Below the pieces are notes generated by a model. The model was not told the DNA's origin. It ran no database searches and worked only from the letters and a program-made list of their open reading frames with translations. This document shows positions 26,185 through 41,645 of a stretch of DNA of 64,000 nucleotides, one piece after another. This DNA is from Chrysomallon squamiferum (lineage: Eukaryota > Animalia > Mollusca). Made by a program: the position numbers and the translations under genes. The stretch spans positions 25,606,001-25,670,000 of the forward strand of contig CM022673.1 of assembly GCA_012295275.1 (NCBI GenBank). Direction: 5' to 3'. Each line of letters opens with the position of its first letter. Position 1 is the stretch's first letter.

Positions 26185-27504
26185 ACAGCAGAGAAAAAAA
26201 AAGAGTCAAAATCCCCTGAGGAACAAAAACGAGCAATACACAATAAAATTTGATTCGAGTTTTGGAGTGAGAAACATTGCTGGACTTCATATGATGAAAG
26301 TGGGCATTTATTTATTTTTAATTTTTTTTTTTTTTAATAAATAATGGCTTGATCTTGTTCAGCAGCAGAAGTTGACCAGGACAGAGTGCAAGGTGGCTGG
26401 TATAACACCTTGTCTTTGTATTGTGTTTTGGAATTGGCAACAAAATTAAGAAAATAAAAAAAATTCATATGGAGAATGAGAGATATGTAACAGTTCATAT
26501 GACTATATGTGGATTTTCTTAGTTTTTCTTTTTCTTTTTTTTTTTTTTTTTTTTTTTTTTATATGTATTTTATATAAACCTATATTTCATTAGAATAAGC
26601 ATTTGTAGAAACTTATTTCCTTTTTGCACTTACATGCTGATAATCATAATCATTTTTTTCTAGATCATGTACTGAAACTGTGTGTAAATTATCATAAAAA
26701 AAAAAAAAATAAAAAAATTCAGTGTGGTTTTGTCTTATTTAACCAGATTCTAACAGAATTGAACTGAAACAAATTTAATATGTGGTAGTATTTTTAAAAT
26801 TTTGCTGTGACGTTTTTTATTTGTATAGGTTATTTGATGAGTTTAGTTGGTTTTGTCGCAAATGTTTTTGTTATGATTTAATTTTCTTATATTTACCTAC
26901 TTTTTATTTGCATATAATTATTTTTTTAAATATCTGTACCAGTAGAGAAAATAACCAATTTCAGTTGGCATTAAATTATTAGTATTCTGCCCGAATTCGG
27001 GTCTGAATTTTCAGACAATTTATTTTAATAAATTACAGTATTTAAAAATAAGAATTATTACATGTGCAGATAAGCCAGCTATTATTTTTAAAATCTGATG
27101 GTTTATTTACCACATTTATTTTGAATGAAACATCACATTTACGAATAATTACATAATATATTTTCGTTGCAATAGATTATAGAGCGTTAGCTTGAACCTT
27201 GTAGATTCAAGGTCTTACCGAGGATTTTTGAACATCGCTGACCTATTCCATCAACGGTAAATAATTGTTACTTAACCGTATGCTCCATTATCTAAATGGT
27301 TACATTTCAAATTTTTGTTTTGGTTTTCCATATACTCCACTAATTACTGTTGATTACAATGGAGTATTATTTTAAGCAGTATCATTAATAAATATTTATA
27401 GAAAAGACAGTAATTGGATAATTTGTTTTCCAGTAATAACTGGTCATGTACATTATACCAGAATGTCGTATCTCTACATAAAGAAAAGCAGATAATCACT
27501 GAGG

Positions 27505-27537
<33 letters not shown>

Positions 27538-29619
27538 GTATGCGTGCGTGTGCATTTGAATAAATAAATAAATTATATAAGAAAATATTGACAAAAATGT
27601 TTACGTAAAATATGTCGAAAGCCCAAAGTATTCGCATAAAGTTCGGAAAGTCCCAGGGAGATAATTGAGACAACTGGAAAAGATAACACTGAGTGAATTC
27701 AGTCAGATTGTAATATTGATTCGACGGTATCTATATTTGGTAACGAACAAATCCAGAACAAAATTAATTGTTTATGGTAACATTTAGAATATGTCTTGTG
27801 TTTTGATCAATGGGTTATCTTGACAAAACACATTTTAATTTATACACGGTATCGATTGGTATAAAAATACATTGCATTGTGTACTATCAGTGTTATTTCA
27901 TTACCATTTTACAGCAATTGTCTGCACATTAAAATAGGCTTAGCTGATTTATACGTTTTAAATGCTGTTGACGTTTTTAAAGCTCGGTATTAAATGTACT
28001 GGAATTCCTCACTGAATGTTTATTTATAATCACGAATTTAAAAAGTTGATTTAGCATATAATTAAATGTGTGCGTAATGACATTAAAAATGAGTTATTTT
28101 AACACGGTTATCAAATTACAAATTCATTTATTACTTAAAACTGTGTGAATAATAATATTATTTAATAAGAAGAAGAAGAAGAAGAACTGCATGTATCATT
28201 TTAAAACTGCGATCTTTATAATTTATTTTTATTCAGATATTGATATACATTTAGATTACCATTTGATACGTGTTATATATACATTTTTTTCCCCTTAACA
28301 TACAAGTCATTACTCAATTACATATTCAGATACGCACTAACCTCGATTTTAAAAATGTAAATCGTTTTCCGATAACTTAATAAATAGCGTAACATCGTTA
28401 CTTTGCCAACAGACATTAATATTCTTTTCTTCTTCTTTTTCTTCTTCTTCTTTTAATTTTTCTTTTTTATTTATTTATTTATTTTGTGATAATTATTATT
28501 CCCGAAAACATAATTTCATGGATCAATAAATATATCGTTCGTTTTCTACGCCGTGGTATTTCAGGAACATCATTCCACAATCGTTCAAAAGAACATCTGT
28601 CAAAACGGTATACATTAATCTGGCACTGTAAACACAGTTTCTTGCTTTAAGGGATTTTTTTTCTTCTTTTTTTTTCTTTTGTAACTATGGAAACAGCCGG
28701 AATTATTAATTCATTGTTTCCGGAATACAACTTCAAAAACATTCAGCTTCAAACTTGACGTTTTGTATACATAATAATGTTTTTTATTGTTTTTTTTTTG
28801 TTGTTTTCTTGGGATTATTTTTTTTTATTTATTGTTTTTTTATTTCTTTCGTGTTTATTTTTCAGTCTGTTCCCCACAAGAAGTTATGCAGAAACGGGAA
28901 ATTTTTGTAGAAAAAATTAAAATGAGATATAAATAGGAATTCACAATTTTATTTTTTTTTTTTTTTTTTTTTTTAATCAAAAAACAAAACAAAAACAAAA
29001 AACAAAAACAAAATATACATATATAATAATAATAATAATAACAAACCGCCATTTCCCCATGGAGAACATACAGAGAAAAGTCAATATTATTGTTAATATA
29101 TCTTTGTATTGTTATACGACAGTCAAGAGAGAATAATAACGCCGCCCTTCACTGAAGGTAAATATTAAAAATAATGTTAATAAAAATAAATATATAAATA
29201 AATAAATAAAATAAATACATACATAAATACATACATAAATACATACAAATATAAATGCATAAACAAATAAATAAAATATGGATTTCTGTTTCATTATTTT
29301 GTCAAGATAACAGTTACTGTGTTCTGTGTCAACCTGCTTGGCACTTGGGTTACTAGAACAGATGTCCGTCTATTGATGTATCGATTCCGTCCAAGTGTTA
29401 ATTCTTCTTGTTGGTCACTGGTTAACAAGGACATACACACACACATACGCCTTTAGAGCACACACCAGAAGGTTTATTAACAGTTTCTCACAATCATCTT
29501 CGACACCCATTACATCGCATTATATCGGTTTTCCGTATACATTATTTGAATGGAACGCTTATTAATTTCAGTTAACAAAAAGAAAAAAGAAAAAAGACAC
29601 CTGTAAAGCTAATTAAATT

Positions 29620-29653
<34 letters not shown>

Positions 29654-29848
29654 AGAGTGTGTGTGTGTGTGTGTTTGTGTGTGTGGATTATAGATAAAGA
29701 TATAAATAACTAATAATCATATCAAAATTTTATTCTTGAAATCTTTACAAGACTAAAGTAAAACAAATTGAAAAATAATCAAAAAATAGTATGACAACTT
29801 TGAGGACGAAACATTAAATATGCATTTCTTTTTCCAAAATCCAAAACT

Positions 29849-30817
29849 TCAATATTTACTACAGTCTGCGGTGGAGTGCTCGGTACAAATTCCGTCGTTC
29901 GTTGTCTCTGTGTAATTTTCCGTTTTGTCCAGGCCAATACCTGAAAGTAATGAAAAAAAAAATAAAAATCAGGTTTGTACTCCGGCAATTAAAGCAATCA
30001 TTTGATAGACGGCTGTAAAGTAAACTATTTATTCTTACCTTGTATGAGGTTGAATAAATTGCAGTAATTTGTTCCATGGTCATAAACAGCGTACCATACT
30101 TCAGAAGAACTGTAACCCTGGAATAAAAGGGGAGTGGAAAAGTATTAAATTCATTGTTAATCGCTGATAAACAATTTTTTTTGTATTATTACGTTTTGAA
30201 GCCAAACTAAATAGCGGGGATAATAAACAAGAAAACAAAAAAAAAAACCCTCAAAAACCCCAACATACGTCATGCAAACAAACTAAAAACTATATATTGT
30301 CGAACAGTTCTTTCATGGGAAAAAGAATCGCACAAAAGTACATTATGTATTCTCACAGTGACTGTATTGAATTACAAATAAAACTATTTTTAGTGTTCAC
30401 CCACAACGGCTGGTACATTTACTATGTAAACATACCAATCCGATCGTGTTTTATTTTTTTTTTTTTCTTTTCTTTCTTTTCTTTTCTTCTCAACATAGCA
30501 CGAATTACTTTTGTAACGTAACAAGCAGCATGATTAAAAACTTTTCCTGTGAATATTATATCTGAAACTACAGACGTATCGATGTTGTAATGTTAGCAGT
30601 CACTTACGTGGATCTTACATATTGCTTTGTCTTGCACGAAGTCAAATTTCAACAGGTCGACATAGCCTTTGACTGGTGTTCTGTGTTTTGCCGTTATCAT
30701 CGTTTGGGAATGGACTCCAAGCTAGCAGTTTTGAAAGGAGAGAGAGAGAGAAAAAAGTCAGTTGTATTATAAATGTCTGAAGAAAAGTTTTTAAAACGTG
30801 AATTTGGAAATTTAATA

Positions 30818-30848
<31 letters not shown>

Positions 30849-31983
30849 TCAGTGTTCATCTTACGACTTTAGTAATATGAATATTCGTGTTATATTTACC
30901 GAATAGAGACATTTCTCATTTTTGGCATTAGGACAATTGCTCTTTCCTGTCCACTTGTTTATCTGAGTGACCAAACTGTCAATGACCGATGTACATTTCC
31001 TTCCCGTTGTCCTGCAAACATTTTTAAAAGTGACTTCTGAAAATGTCCGTAGCTACATTCCTTAATGTACGTAGTTAATTTTATAAACATTTGAACATTT
31101 TATAAGATTTAAAATTTCATTTAGATAAATAAATCACTGCAAAAATCATTAATAATACATTGCTATTACATTTTATATTCTAGTGAATTTTTATTTTTAA
31201 ATCTGTTGTTCACAAAGTATTATAAATTTTTGAAAAGTATAAAATCGAACATCACAGAACTGATAATATCGACAAAATATTTAAATATTAAATAATATAT
31301 TTGTAGGAATATTCTGTGCTTCAGATATTATTTAGAAGGGAAATATAAAGTAAAACAAAAATAATGATAAAAAAATAATAGTAGTAATAATAATTAATAA
31401 TAAAAAGAAACGAACAATCAGATAGAAAACTGTATATTATAAATTTTATTCATTAATTTGTTATATTATACACATAACAAAATCTCAAGTTACTCGCTTA
31501 AATAAAAAATTAAATTAAATTAAATTAAACGTGAGCTAAGGAATACTGATACTGGGAAGTGTGAAAATGGTTCACGGATTTGTGAAGGTTCTTTCTAATG
31601 GGTTCCAAAATTATACATTTTCAAAATGGGTTCAGAATTATACATTTAAAATAAAAATTAAAAAATAATAAAAAGAAAGAAAGAAAAAAAAACAAAAATG
31701 TTCCTGCAGATTATAGCAGCATGTTAAATAGTAACGAGTTTAACGAGGAATAAAATGTATCTAAATATTATTGTTCGGACTGAAGCCACGAATGGACTCC
31801 ATGGTAAACAAACTATGTTCACACCGCTCACGGACGACTGAATGTGTGATGTTTACGTACTACAGTTCATATCCAACTTATACTTTACCAGTCTGCATTG
31901 CAAGAGGCATGCAATGATGCTGTTGTAGGCACAGAGTAGGAAATAACCAACAAAACAACAACAGGAATAGCGTACATCTTCAT
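29849..31983 (-). CDS. Small secreted 8-cysteine protein of unknown function (163 aa)
   Basis: Exons 31983-31889, 31011-30900, 30721-30608, 30117-30039, 29940-29849 (492 nt, phases consistent). Protein MKMYAIPVVVLLVISYSVPTTA|SLHASCNADWTTGRKCTSVIDSLVTQINKW...EKCLYSL...AKHRTPVKGYVDLLKFDF...SSSEVWYAVYDHGTNYCNLFNLI...ICTEHSTADCSKY*. TATAAA at 32107-32102. Confidence 0.9.
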
Positions 31984-32702
31984 GTGGGAAGAAAAACCAT
32001 TTTGTACTGCGTACATTACTAATCTGCAGGCGTCACGTGACGAATGAATCATGTGACTTTTGCTTTGTTGCAGCTAAGCATCTTTCATGTGCATTTCGAA
32101 CTTTATAAAGCAGTCAGTTCAGTGAAAGTTTCAGATGTTCGCACATAACCTGCATTTCAGTAATTAACATCAACTTCTAAATAATGCCTTGTAACATTAT
32201 ACACTTTTAATATAAAAACTAAACCTAACCGTTTTACGACATGTAATGAAACACATCTACATTAAAATAAATAAAAATAAAAATTAATCATTAAACAGTT
32301 TTTTAATTAACAAACAACATTTTCTTTCTGTCTAAACAGATATATTTAACTGAAATGTAACTGTGGAAAAGAAAAACAAACCAAAAAACTTTTTAAAAAA
32401 AACAAGACAAAACCCCAAATAACAAATAAATAAAATAAAATAAATAAAAATAAATTTTGTGTATATGTGTAAAAATATATATAAGCATAATGATGATGAT
32501 GATAAATAAATAATTAAACAAAAAACACAAATACTTAGTAATTCATTCATATTTATTTATAATTTAACATGGAATAAACCAATCAAATTTCACATGAGTA
32601 CTTTTTCAATACTTTAGAGAAATTTCTGTTAGAAGATGAACACTCGTCAGAACTAGAACACGGAGTAAGCTTCAGGATAAAACAAATAAATTAAACACTT
32701 CA

Positions 32703-33153
32703 TTAATTAGATCTGCTGTAACTGGAAAAATCTTTAGTAGTAGGCGACGAGAACTCTTCAGTGCTGGAAGGAGGAGATGTGCTATGGATGGAGATATTAG
32801 ACGCGCTTCTTGCATTCGATCTGCTAAACGAACCGCTAATGGAGGTAGAAAGCTGTGACCAACTGCGACTTTCCTTAATGGCGTCGTCATAGAAACTGGG
32901 CAACGATCCGCGTTCGTCGTTTAACAGACCTGTGTGGGCTTCCCTGAAATACGTCTCGATGTCTGGGCCTTCCGGTGGCGTTCGCGATCCACTTTCAGAC
33001 GACGAAGGCATATCTCTGAGGCGTTTTTCGGGAACAGCTATGGCAACACGTCTGTGTATGTGTTTAACGATCATGAGAAAAAGAAAAACAGCGAAGTCAA
33101 AGGGATACGTGTACCAGATGTACCGTAAATACTTCTTGACATCTGTAAATATA

Positions 33154-33200
<47 letters not shown>

Positions 33201-33340
33201 TTTAAAAAAAATGTAAAATAGATAATATAAAATTATAACGCTAAAACAGATCAAACAATAATATTTTATCTGTCTTCTGCCTGTTTGAGTGTTTGTATGT
33301 ACATATGTATGTATATACATGCATACCTGTTTGTCTGTCT

Positions 33341-33380
<40 letters not shown>

Positions 33381-35849
33381 CAACTTATTCACAAAAAAAC
33401 CCTCACATTTTCTAGCATCTTATTAAATTACAAACATTTTATGAAATTTCATAATGAACTTACTTTTATACGGTTCTCCAACAACTGTGAGGAAAATAAT
33501 AAAGGAAATAAATCAGTGTTAGTTTGTACATGATAGTCAACTGGACAAAGTAAACCTGTCTAATGAACGTTTTAATTATTTAAAGTATTATCAAATAAAC
33601 AACATCTATTCTTTTTCCACTGATCTGGTTTCTAAGCGTATTAGCATCACAATTTCTACTACTACTTCTGCTGCTGCTACTACTACTACTGATATTGCTG
33701 TTTCTGCTACTTCTGCTACTACTAACTACTACTACTGCTACTGTTAACTATAGTATTGATACCACTACCACTACTGCTTCTGGTACTTTTACTAATACAC
33801 TACGAATACTTAACATTACAGTTTTACAACTGCTCCAATTTTGATTTTCGAAACTTCTATTATTTCTCCTATTAATACACCGTATACCAGTGTATCCTGT
33901 TTCGATTACTATTACAGTAATTGCATTTATTACTAAATGGAGCGTAATTTCTATCACGGCCATTGAAACCTTCACGGATAGTGCAGCTACAGCATTTACA
34001 ATTATTTCTTTATTAGTTAAATTACCGTCATAAAGATTGAATCATTAATGATGAAATTATGACCAAACAAATTTAAAAATTTGAACAAGACACATTAAAA
34101 ATAAATAAGATATATATATATAAAACTGCAATAGCAAAGCATGAATAATTAATGCATGCAGGATAGGTTTGAAAACTATACTACCGAGAAAAAGTTAATC
34201 CGCTTTATATAGGTAACATTATATTTTCTGAACTGACAAAGATACGTGTGGAGCTTCATGATAAATGGATTTAGTAATAATTAAGAATAAAAATCAACGA
34301 TTTTATGATGCTCTATAGTGTGTATTTGTGTAAAAATATGTCATGATAGGAATGCGAACGATTTATAAGTATTTCGAAACTCGTTCTATTACATTTCTTG
34401 AGAAACGTGGACTATTCTCTGTGAAATCGAGAGATAAACTTAACGTGATAAAATGGCTCATTAATAGCCATATTAATGTGCGTTATGGTCGTTTATTTTA
34501 AGAATTTTTTTTTTTTTTTAATTTTCATACTTGAAAGCATTATATTTTTAGAAAGTATATAAAATAATTGTAATTTTATGCTAATTAGATTTGTCTGAAT
34601 TGCACTTATTTGGCACATGTTATGTATATACGTAGGTACTTTTTTCCCCGGATCTAACTGGTTTTACGAAACAAGAAAAAAAAGAATCTTCAAAGCCTTT
34701 CGTTTTTGGTTGTTTTGTTTTGTTGTCTCAGTTCTTGGGTTCATGGAGTCTGGGCATATCAGTTTGCATTTAAATAACTAAATCCTAACTCTAACCAAGA
34801 AACGTCTAGTGCATGTGTTTTGGAGTATAAAAACACGCCTCAGAAATATTTTTTTTTAGTAGTAACTTTAAATCTGATTTTACATGTAATACATATTCGT
34901 ATTCCAGATTTTGCTAAAAATGAAAATGATAGTATTGATAAATAAAAAAAAAAAAAAAAAAAAAATAAAATAAAAAAAATAAACCTTGAAGACAAAGCAA
35001 GACTAACAAACGAACAATTCCATCAAATATAAAACAAAAAACCTGTATACATTAAACTAACAAAGAAACTTTACCTCTCAGTTCAAATTTTCCCATTGGA
35101 ATTGATTTGAAATAACAGGTGTACATTTTGGCATCACGCTCGAATGTCTCCTTGATTTCTAATTGGTTAGTAAAATGAATAATAACTCTAGTGTTATTGG
35201 CAAACTCGGACGGTTTCATGGGGTAGGTACCGTTAAACCAGAATATCTCATCCTCCAGTACAACTCTTTAAATAGAGAATAGAGAATTACGCATTTTTAG
35301 TCCAGCTATCAATGAGTATTCGTGACATCGTTCTGTGTATTACAGCAGAGTGTATGAAAGTCTTGTTTATGTTTGAAAGAAAGAAAAAAAAAAAAAAAAG
35401 AATAATAATAAAATTTAAGCAATATTAAAAAGATGTATATAAAAAAGAAATAATAATAATAATAATAATAAATGTCAAATTACGGTTTTTCTTTCTATTC
35501 TTTAATCCACCATTTTTATTTATTTACTTTAATGTTTATTTCGTCTTTTAACGCAGACTATAAAATCAACGAAACATAGGACAAATTAGAACCGGTTCAT
35601 GCCTCAATCAAATTTTAGTATATATAAATATATATATATAATTATTATTTTCTTTTTCGTAATAAACTTGGTATTTCTGCATTATTAACACTTGTTCGAT
35701 GTATTGACATGGGAACTTCTCGCTACAATACCGACCCACAAGTATTTCCAGACAGTCCACTTAGAAAACAGTTGTTTGTTATATTGCTACTGTTACTGAC
35801 TTATGTGGATAAAATATTCTAAAATTAAAGTTTATACGAATATACAAGA

Positions 35850-35898
<49 letters not shown>

Positions 35899-38800
35899 TA
35901 AATTAAATGAATTAAATTAAAATCTAATAAAAAAAAAAAAAGCGAAGAGAAGAACTATAATCGATTTAATTTTTGATTTGTCTAAGCCAGTGTTGTTGTT
36001 ATTTTCGTTGTTGTAGTTGTTGTTGTTTAACATTATCGGTCTTAAATAATTTTGGATCTCGATATAAACCTATAAACTGATTCTGAAACAACAAGTAACG
36101 TTCTTAATGTAAGTTGGACGAAAAAGACATACCCAGGACATTTCATTTTAACTGGATCTCCTTCTTTGACTCTTATCAAAATAGGTCTTCCGGCTACGAA
36201 TAAAAAATAAAAATACAAAATACAAAAAATAATATATATATTATTTGTTAGCATCTAATACATTAAGGTTCATTTTGTATTTAATCAAAAATAAATGCAA
36301 ATGTAAATATGGTTATGCTATCTATTTATTTATTAATTTTTATTTATGAATTGTGAATAATTTAATTGAATTTTTTTTTTTTTACTTACAAAATTTCTTT
36401 TTCGGTTTATATTGTAGTTTTATTCCCTCAGCAGACAATTTCCCTGCATTTTTAAATGCTAAAATAAAATAGAAAATTAAAATTAAAACTAAAATTCATT
36501 TATATATATATATATATATTTAGTAAATAGAACAAAACACAGGTTTTATAATCCTATATTTTTTCTTCCTGTAATATAATTTACAGCTTGTTTAGATAAT
36601 TTAAAATGCGATGATCTAACCAAAATCAAAGTTACTGTATCATTATTAATTGTTGGAAACTAACTTTGTCAAATAATAAAGTATAACAATAACGAAACAA
36701 GTTCAAGTAAATATTTTTACAAGGAAGGAACTTTTATGCTTTCTTTCTTATTTGATGCTTTTAAACAAAACAACAACAACAATATAATCATTTTGCACCT
36801 GATACGGTAAGGTTATCAGATATTCATTCGTTCTTTATTATTAACTTTGATAAATAGTGAATGAAATACGGGCAACTGTAACATTTGACTTACATGCTAT
36901 ACATGTCACATTACAGTTTCCGCTTTCTATCTCATCCGGGCGATTGACACTTACGCCTTTGTGATTGGTGAAGACGGATGACCGACAGGGGACACCACTA
37001 CCAAACGTATTCAAAACAGCATCGACGTACCAAGGTTTGGCTTCCATTTTCAAATACATCTTTTTTATAGCACAGGTTCCTGCGACCATTCAAAAAATAT
37101 GGTTACTCGACTGTTTTACTTAATTAAATAATGTCTGTAAATTAAAAACTAGTTTTTGAATCTTTATTGGATATCTTCACATATACACACAGTACGTGGT
37201 TTTTCAAAAATGATTTTCCTTTACCCTTCTCTTACACTTATTATAAAAGAATAACAACAAAATACTTATTTGCAAATTTCAAAAGGTGCCAATTTTAATA
37301 TGTCCTGAACGGATTTCAGCCCTAATTATTCTTATTCTTATAATGAAGTAAATATTTGTAGTTAATATAATGACGACTACGTTTTCTCTCACCAAGACGT
37401 TTTCTCGTTCCAATCTCCCCACACGTACTGCACGGACTCCACTGTCCCCATTTTGTAAACAGCAAGAAGTTATGAGTAGCTAAACAAAATAATTATTTAA
37501 TTAATTAATACCATTTAATAACCTTTATGAAGGTCTGGCATTAATTTAAAATCATAAAAATGTTTTTTTTTTTTTTTTTTTAAATAAACGACTTAACGAA
37601 AATCAGTAAAACATATTTCAGTACTGAATGTGTATGTAATACTTTTAATTTTTTTGTTTGGAAGAAAAATCTGTTTGTCTAAATACTTGGTCATCAAAAC
37701 TTACGGTATGTCTCTTCGTCAAGTGGGGGCGCTTTTCCAGGAATCTCTAGAGAAACTGTGTGGACAAAAAAAAAAAAATAATAATAATAATAATAAAGAA
37801 ATAATATAAAGAAATAATTTAATGTTTTGTTTGAGTTTATATATTCAACAGCCTGTTAGTGACATTCAGCCTGTGATAGAGACTGTGTAATGCAAATGAT
37901 AACCACCTTACACCTTTCAACATATTTATTCGTATTTCAAATAGAGAATACATGAATAATAGCGCCATTGTAATTAAATAAGAATAAAGAAATCTCTGTT
38001 GCTTGCTATACATCATTCTATTGTTTACAGAATAGATATATTTGTTTCGTTTGCTTCTGAGTTTTGCTTCATGTTAATAATATTACAGCTTAAAAAAAAT
38101 AAAGAAAAAAACATAAGCTAATTTGTATTTGGATGTATGTGCAATTTTTGTATGTTGGATATAAAATTACGTGTTTTTCGTTATGTAACGATTATACATG
38201 TGTTGCGTGTTTGTGTTCATGCGCGTACATGAATTACCCATACCGTTGTATATTTGTTTTAAATGTAATAATAATAATACAATATATATATATATTATAT
38301 ATATGTTCTGTTTCAAACAAATCTTTATTATTTAATGTATAATCTGACAGAAAATAAATACTTAAAGTCGTTTGGTATTGATTTCACATTAATGTCTATT
38401 TAAGGACTACACTTCATTTAATATCAATATTGACATTACATATATTCAACCGTCCACTGTGACATATCTCAGACATTATTTACAATTCGTTAGCTTAGTC
38501 TTTTGAGCTCCGTTCATAAAGAATGTTACCTATTAAGTTAGAAAGCATACAAGCTTAAAAAAAAAAACTATATATATGTATATATATAATACAAAACTAA
38601 CCTTCTTTGACAGGTATCTCAGTGGGTTTGATGACTGAAAAAAATAAATAGCCACCAGATTATTAATAAATTACCCTATTTTAAAATGTATCTTAACGTT
38701 TAAAATCATAAATTATATATTACAAAAATATTAAACGACGTCTTCTGTTTGTTATATTCGGGTACATAATACTGTAAAATATTCTCATTTGTAATATTTT

Positions 38801-40703
38801 TTTGAGCAGTGGAAAAACATCGGGGAAAAAAGAATTTAAAAAAAAAAGAAAGAAAGAAAGAAAAAAGACTACAGAATCCAGAGAAGAGTTATAAATATTT
38901 AGAAAAACTTTCTGTTGAATGTAACTCGATAGAATGGTGTCAGAAGTTAGCACTAAAAGAAACTGAATAAAATGGTCTGTATGCTTGGAAAACAGTCAAT
39001 ATTTTACACATAGCAAGCATAAAAACCGTACAGAATATCCGAAAACAAAAACTGTTTATTTACCATCGAAATGGTAGAGAAATCTAAGTTTGTCTTTGGA
39101 CTCGAGCAGATTTCTGATGTCGTCTGGAGACATAACAGTCTTCAATAGATGATCCGGTTCTGTGTGATCCTTGCAGAAGTAAGTCCCAGCGTCTTCTGAA
39201 CAATTATTACGAATAACAAAATTTAAATAAATGTATTAATTAATTAAAGTATCAAATGTATAGAGTTCGGTATGATGGGAAAGTTGTCGTGATTTGTGTA
39301 ACAGATTTGTGTATTTTTGATAATGTTTCCTTTTAGTTAAAATTAAAATTTATTTTACACACACGCACGGACACACACACACACATTCACATTCACACTT
39401 TTTTAATAGTTCCATATTACACAGAGGAAAAGAGAAAAAGAGAATTTAATAAGGTTTTTAAAAAAGTTATTATCTGAAGGTTTACTTTTTTAGTTTCAGA
39501 CGAGATATGTAAAAGTTCACCTATCGTCGGCTTTTCGATGATGAGAGTGTGATCAGTTTCCACATAAATTCGGTTAAGACGCGGATCATCGTGCATATCT
39601 GGGATTATCTCGTTAATCCTGTACACACCTTCCCACATGACCCTCTCCAGTCGGAACCAAAGCATAGACCGACGCATTGGATCTCCACTGGAGTAAATAA
39701 GACAACTTACTTATCTCATTATTATTTATTTAATTTATTTTTATTTGATTGTTGTTGTTGTTGTCTAAAATTTTATATATTCAAGAGTAAAAGTGAGAGC
39801 AGTAAATCGTAATTTCGATAAAAAAAAAGGTAAATATTTCGATTATATTTTAAATTTTGTAAACAAGAATAACTCCATGAACACCTTTTTTTATAACAAC
39901 ATAATTCAAATCATTTCCAAAACTTTTCGTTAATATTTTGTACCAGTTTTGGAATCATAATTTTTTTCTTCTGTAAGTTAATAAACAACGATCTAGACGT
40001 TAAAAAAAAAACAGTTAAAAAATAAAATAAAATAAAAATAAAAAATAAAAAGGAAGAAAAGAACAACAGAAGAAAATCCGACTCGATTTGCCAAACTTAC
40101 CAAAATGTGCATGTGAAAGCTGCGTCATCGTTTATTTCTTTTGTAATCACCATCTGGACGACTTTGGTTGCAACAGAACTTTCAATAGTCTTCAACTTCT
40201 CCACGCAATCAGCTGCATGAGGGTCTGCAAATATAAACAACTTCTTTCTCAAAAAATTCATTTCAATTGATATTTGTTTTTGCTTTCTTTACAGGATTGT
40301 TTATTGACAATATTTAGTGCAGCATATTTCAACTTTGGCATCACTGTTATTTCAAAGATATTCGTATTTATGGAATTAAAATCCAATGGCTTGTTCGTGT
40401 GATAAAAGGTCTTTACTGTGAATAAATTATGGTCATTTAAGTAAGAGATAATAATTTTATGGCAACAGGGTAGTCCTTATGAGCTGCGGGGCCCATTGTG
40501 GGAAAAACATTGATGATATAGATGGCAATTAAAATGTCATAAAATATTATTTATTAATTGCTGTATACCCAAACATTGCCCCCTCTCTGCTTTTTATTTT
40601 TAGCACTCACCGACTTGAGCAGACGCCTCAAAAGCTTCGCGGCGAATTCGGCGGTGAACTACGTCACGACCTTCCAAGAATATTCCATTCATTAATTCTA
40701 GCA

Positions 40704-40747
<44 letters not shown>

Positions 40748-41182
40748 GTAAACAAACAAATAAAAACAGTAATAATATTTACGTTTTACTATTTAAATTA
40801 AATATTAATGATTTGCAAGACTTGTTTAATTACTCATTAATGAAATTTTGAAAAGTTAGGCTTAAGATAGTTCAGATTTTTTTTTAATGGACAGAATTTC
40901 ACAATATCATAGCGCTACGGAGTAAAGTTGGACACTTCGGTTTTTTTGCTTTATTAGCTACGGTTCTATATGAAATCGATAGCTACATAATCTCATTAGA
41001 CGTTTTGTATTTTTTTTTTTTTTTTTTTTTTTGGCATCTTTAATCAACAAAACTATCTCAACCCATGTGATGATAATGTCTTTAACAATGAATGTTATTT
41101 TAGGCAGCACGATTTTTTCATAAATCCTAGTTATTTCAATAATTCAGCATGTGTGTTTCGTTATTTTCTATCTCAAACATAT

Positions 41183-41232
<50 letters not shown>

Positions 41233-41599
41233 TATACACATACATACATACATACATTCATATATACATACATACAATGATATCTTTTAATCTGAGATTG
41301 AAAATAACGATATAGCATGTACAGTATATATGAAACTACGTACACGTGTAAATATGACTGTGTTTGTATGTGTGTATGTTAGTACGTATAGATTGAAACG
41401 TTACCTAATTTTAAAATTATCTTAATATAAATTACCTGATTCAGAATCGTGTTTCCAGTATTCATTGTTTTCACTGTCGAAATGAATTTGGATGTGACCA
41501 ACAAATTCATCATTAATTTGGCAGGTAGAGTCTTTGTCGTGTAAAAATAAAATAATAATAAAATAAAAATAAAATAAAATAGCTAAAATAACTAAATAA

Positions 41600-41645
<46 letters not shown>

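Noticed and set aside
27640-27720. GGAAAGTCCC as RNase MRP/P CR-I
   Set aside because: No complementary CR-V/P4 strand found downstream.
27814-29311. 15-bp inverted pair GTTATCTTGACAAAA / TTTTGTCAAGATAAC as transposon TIRs
   Set aside because: No TSD or internal transposase. A single AT-rich 15-mer pair is not decisive.
33655-33800. CTA/CTG-rich tract that could encode a mucin-like exon
   Set aside because: Degenerate trinucleotide repeat in an intron, with no usable splice sites in phase.
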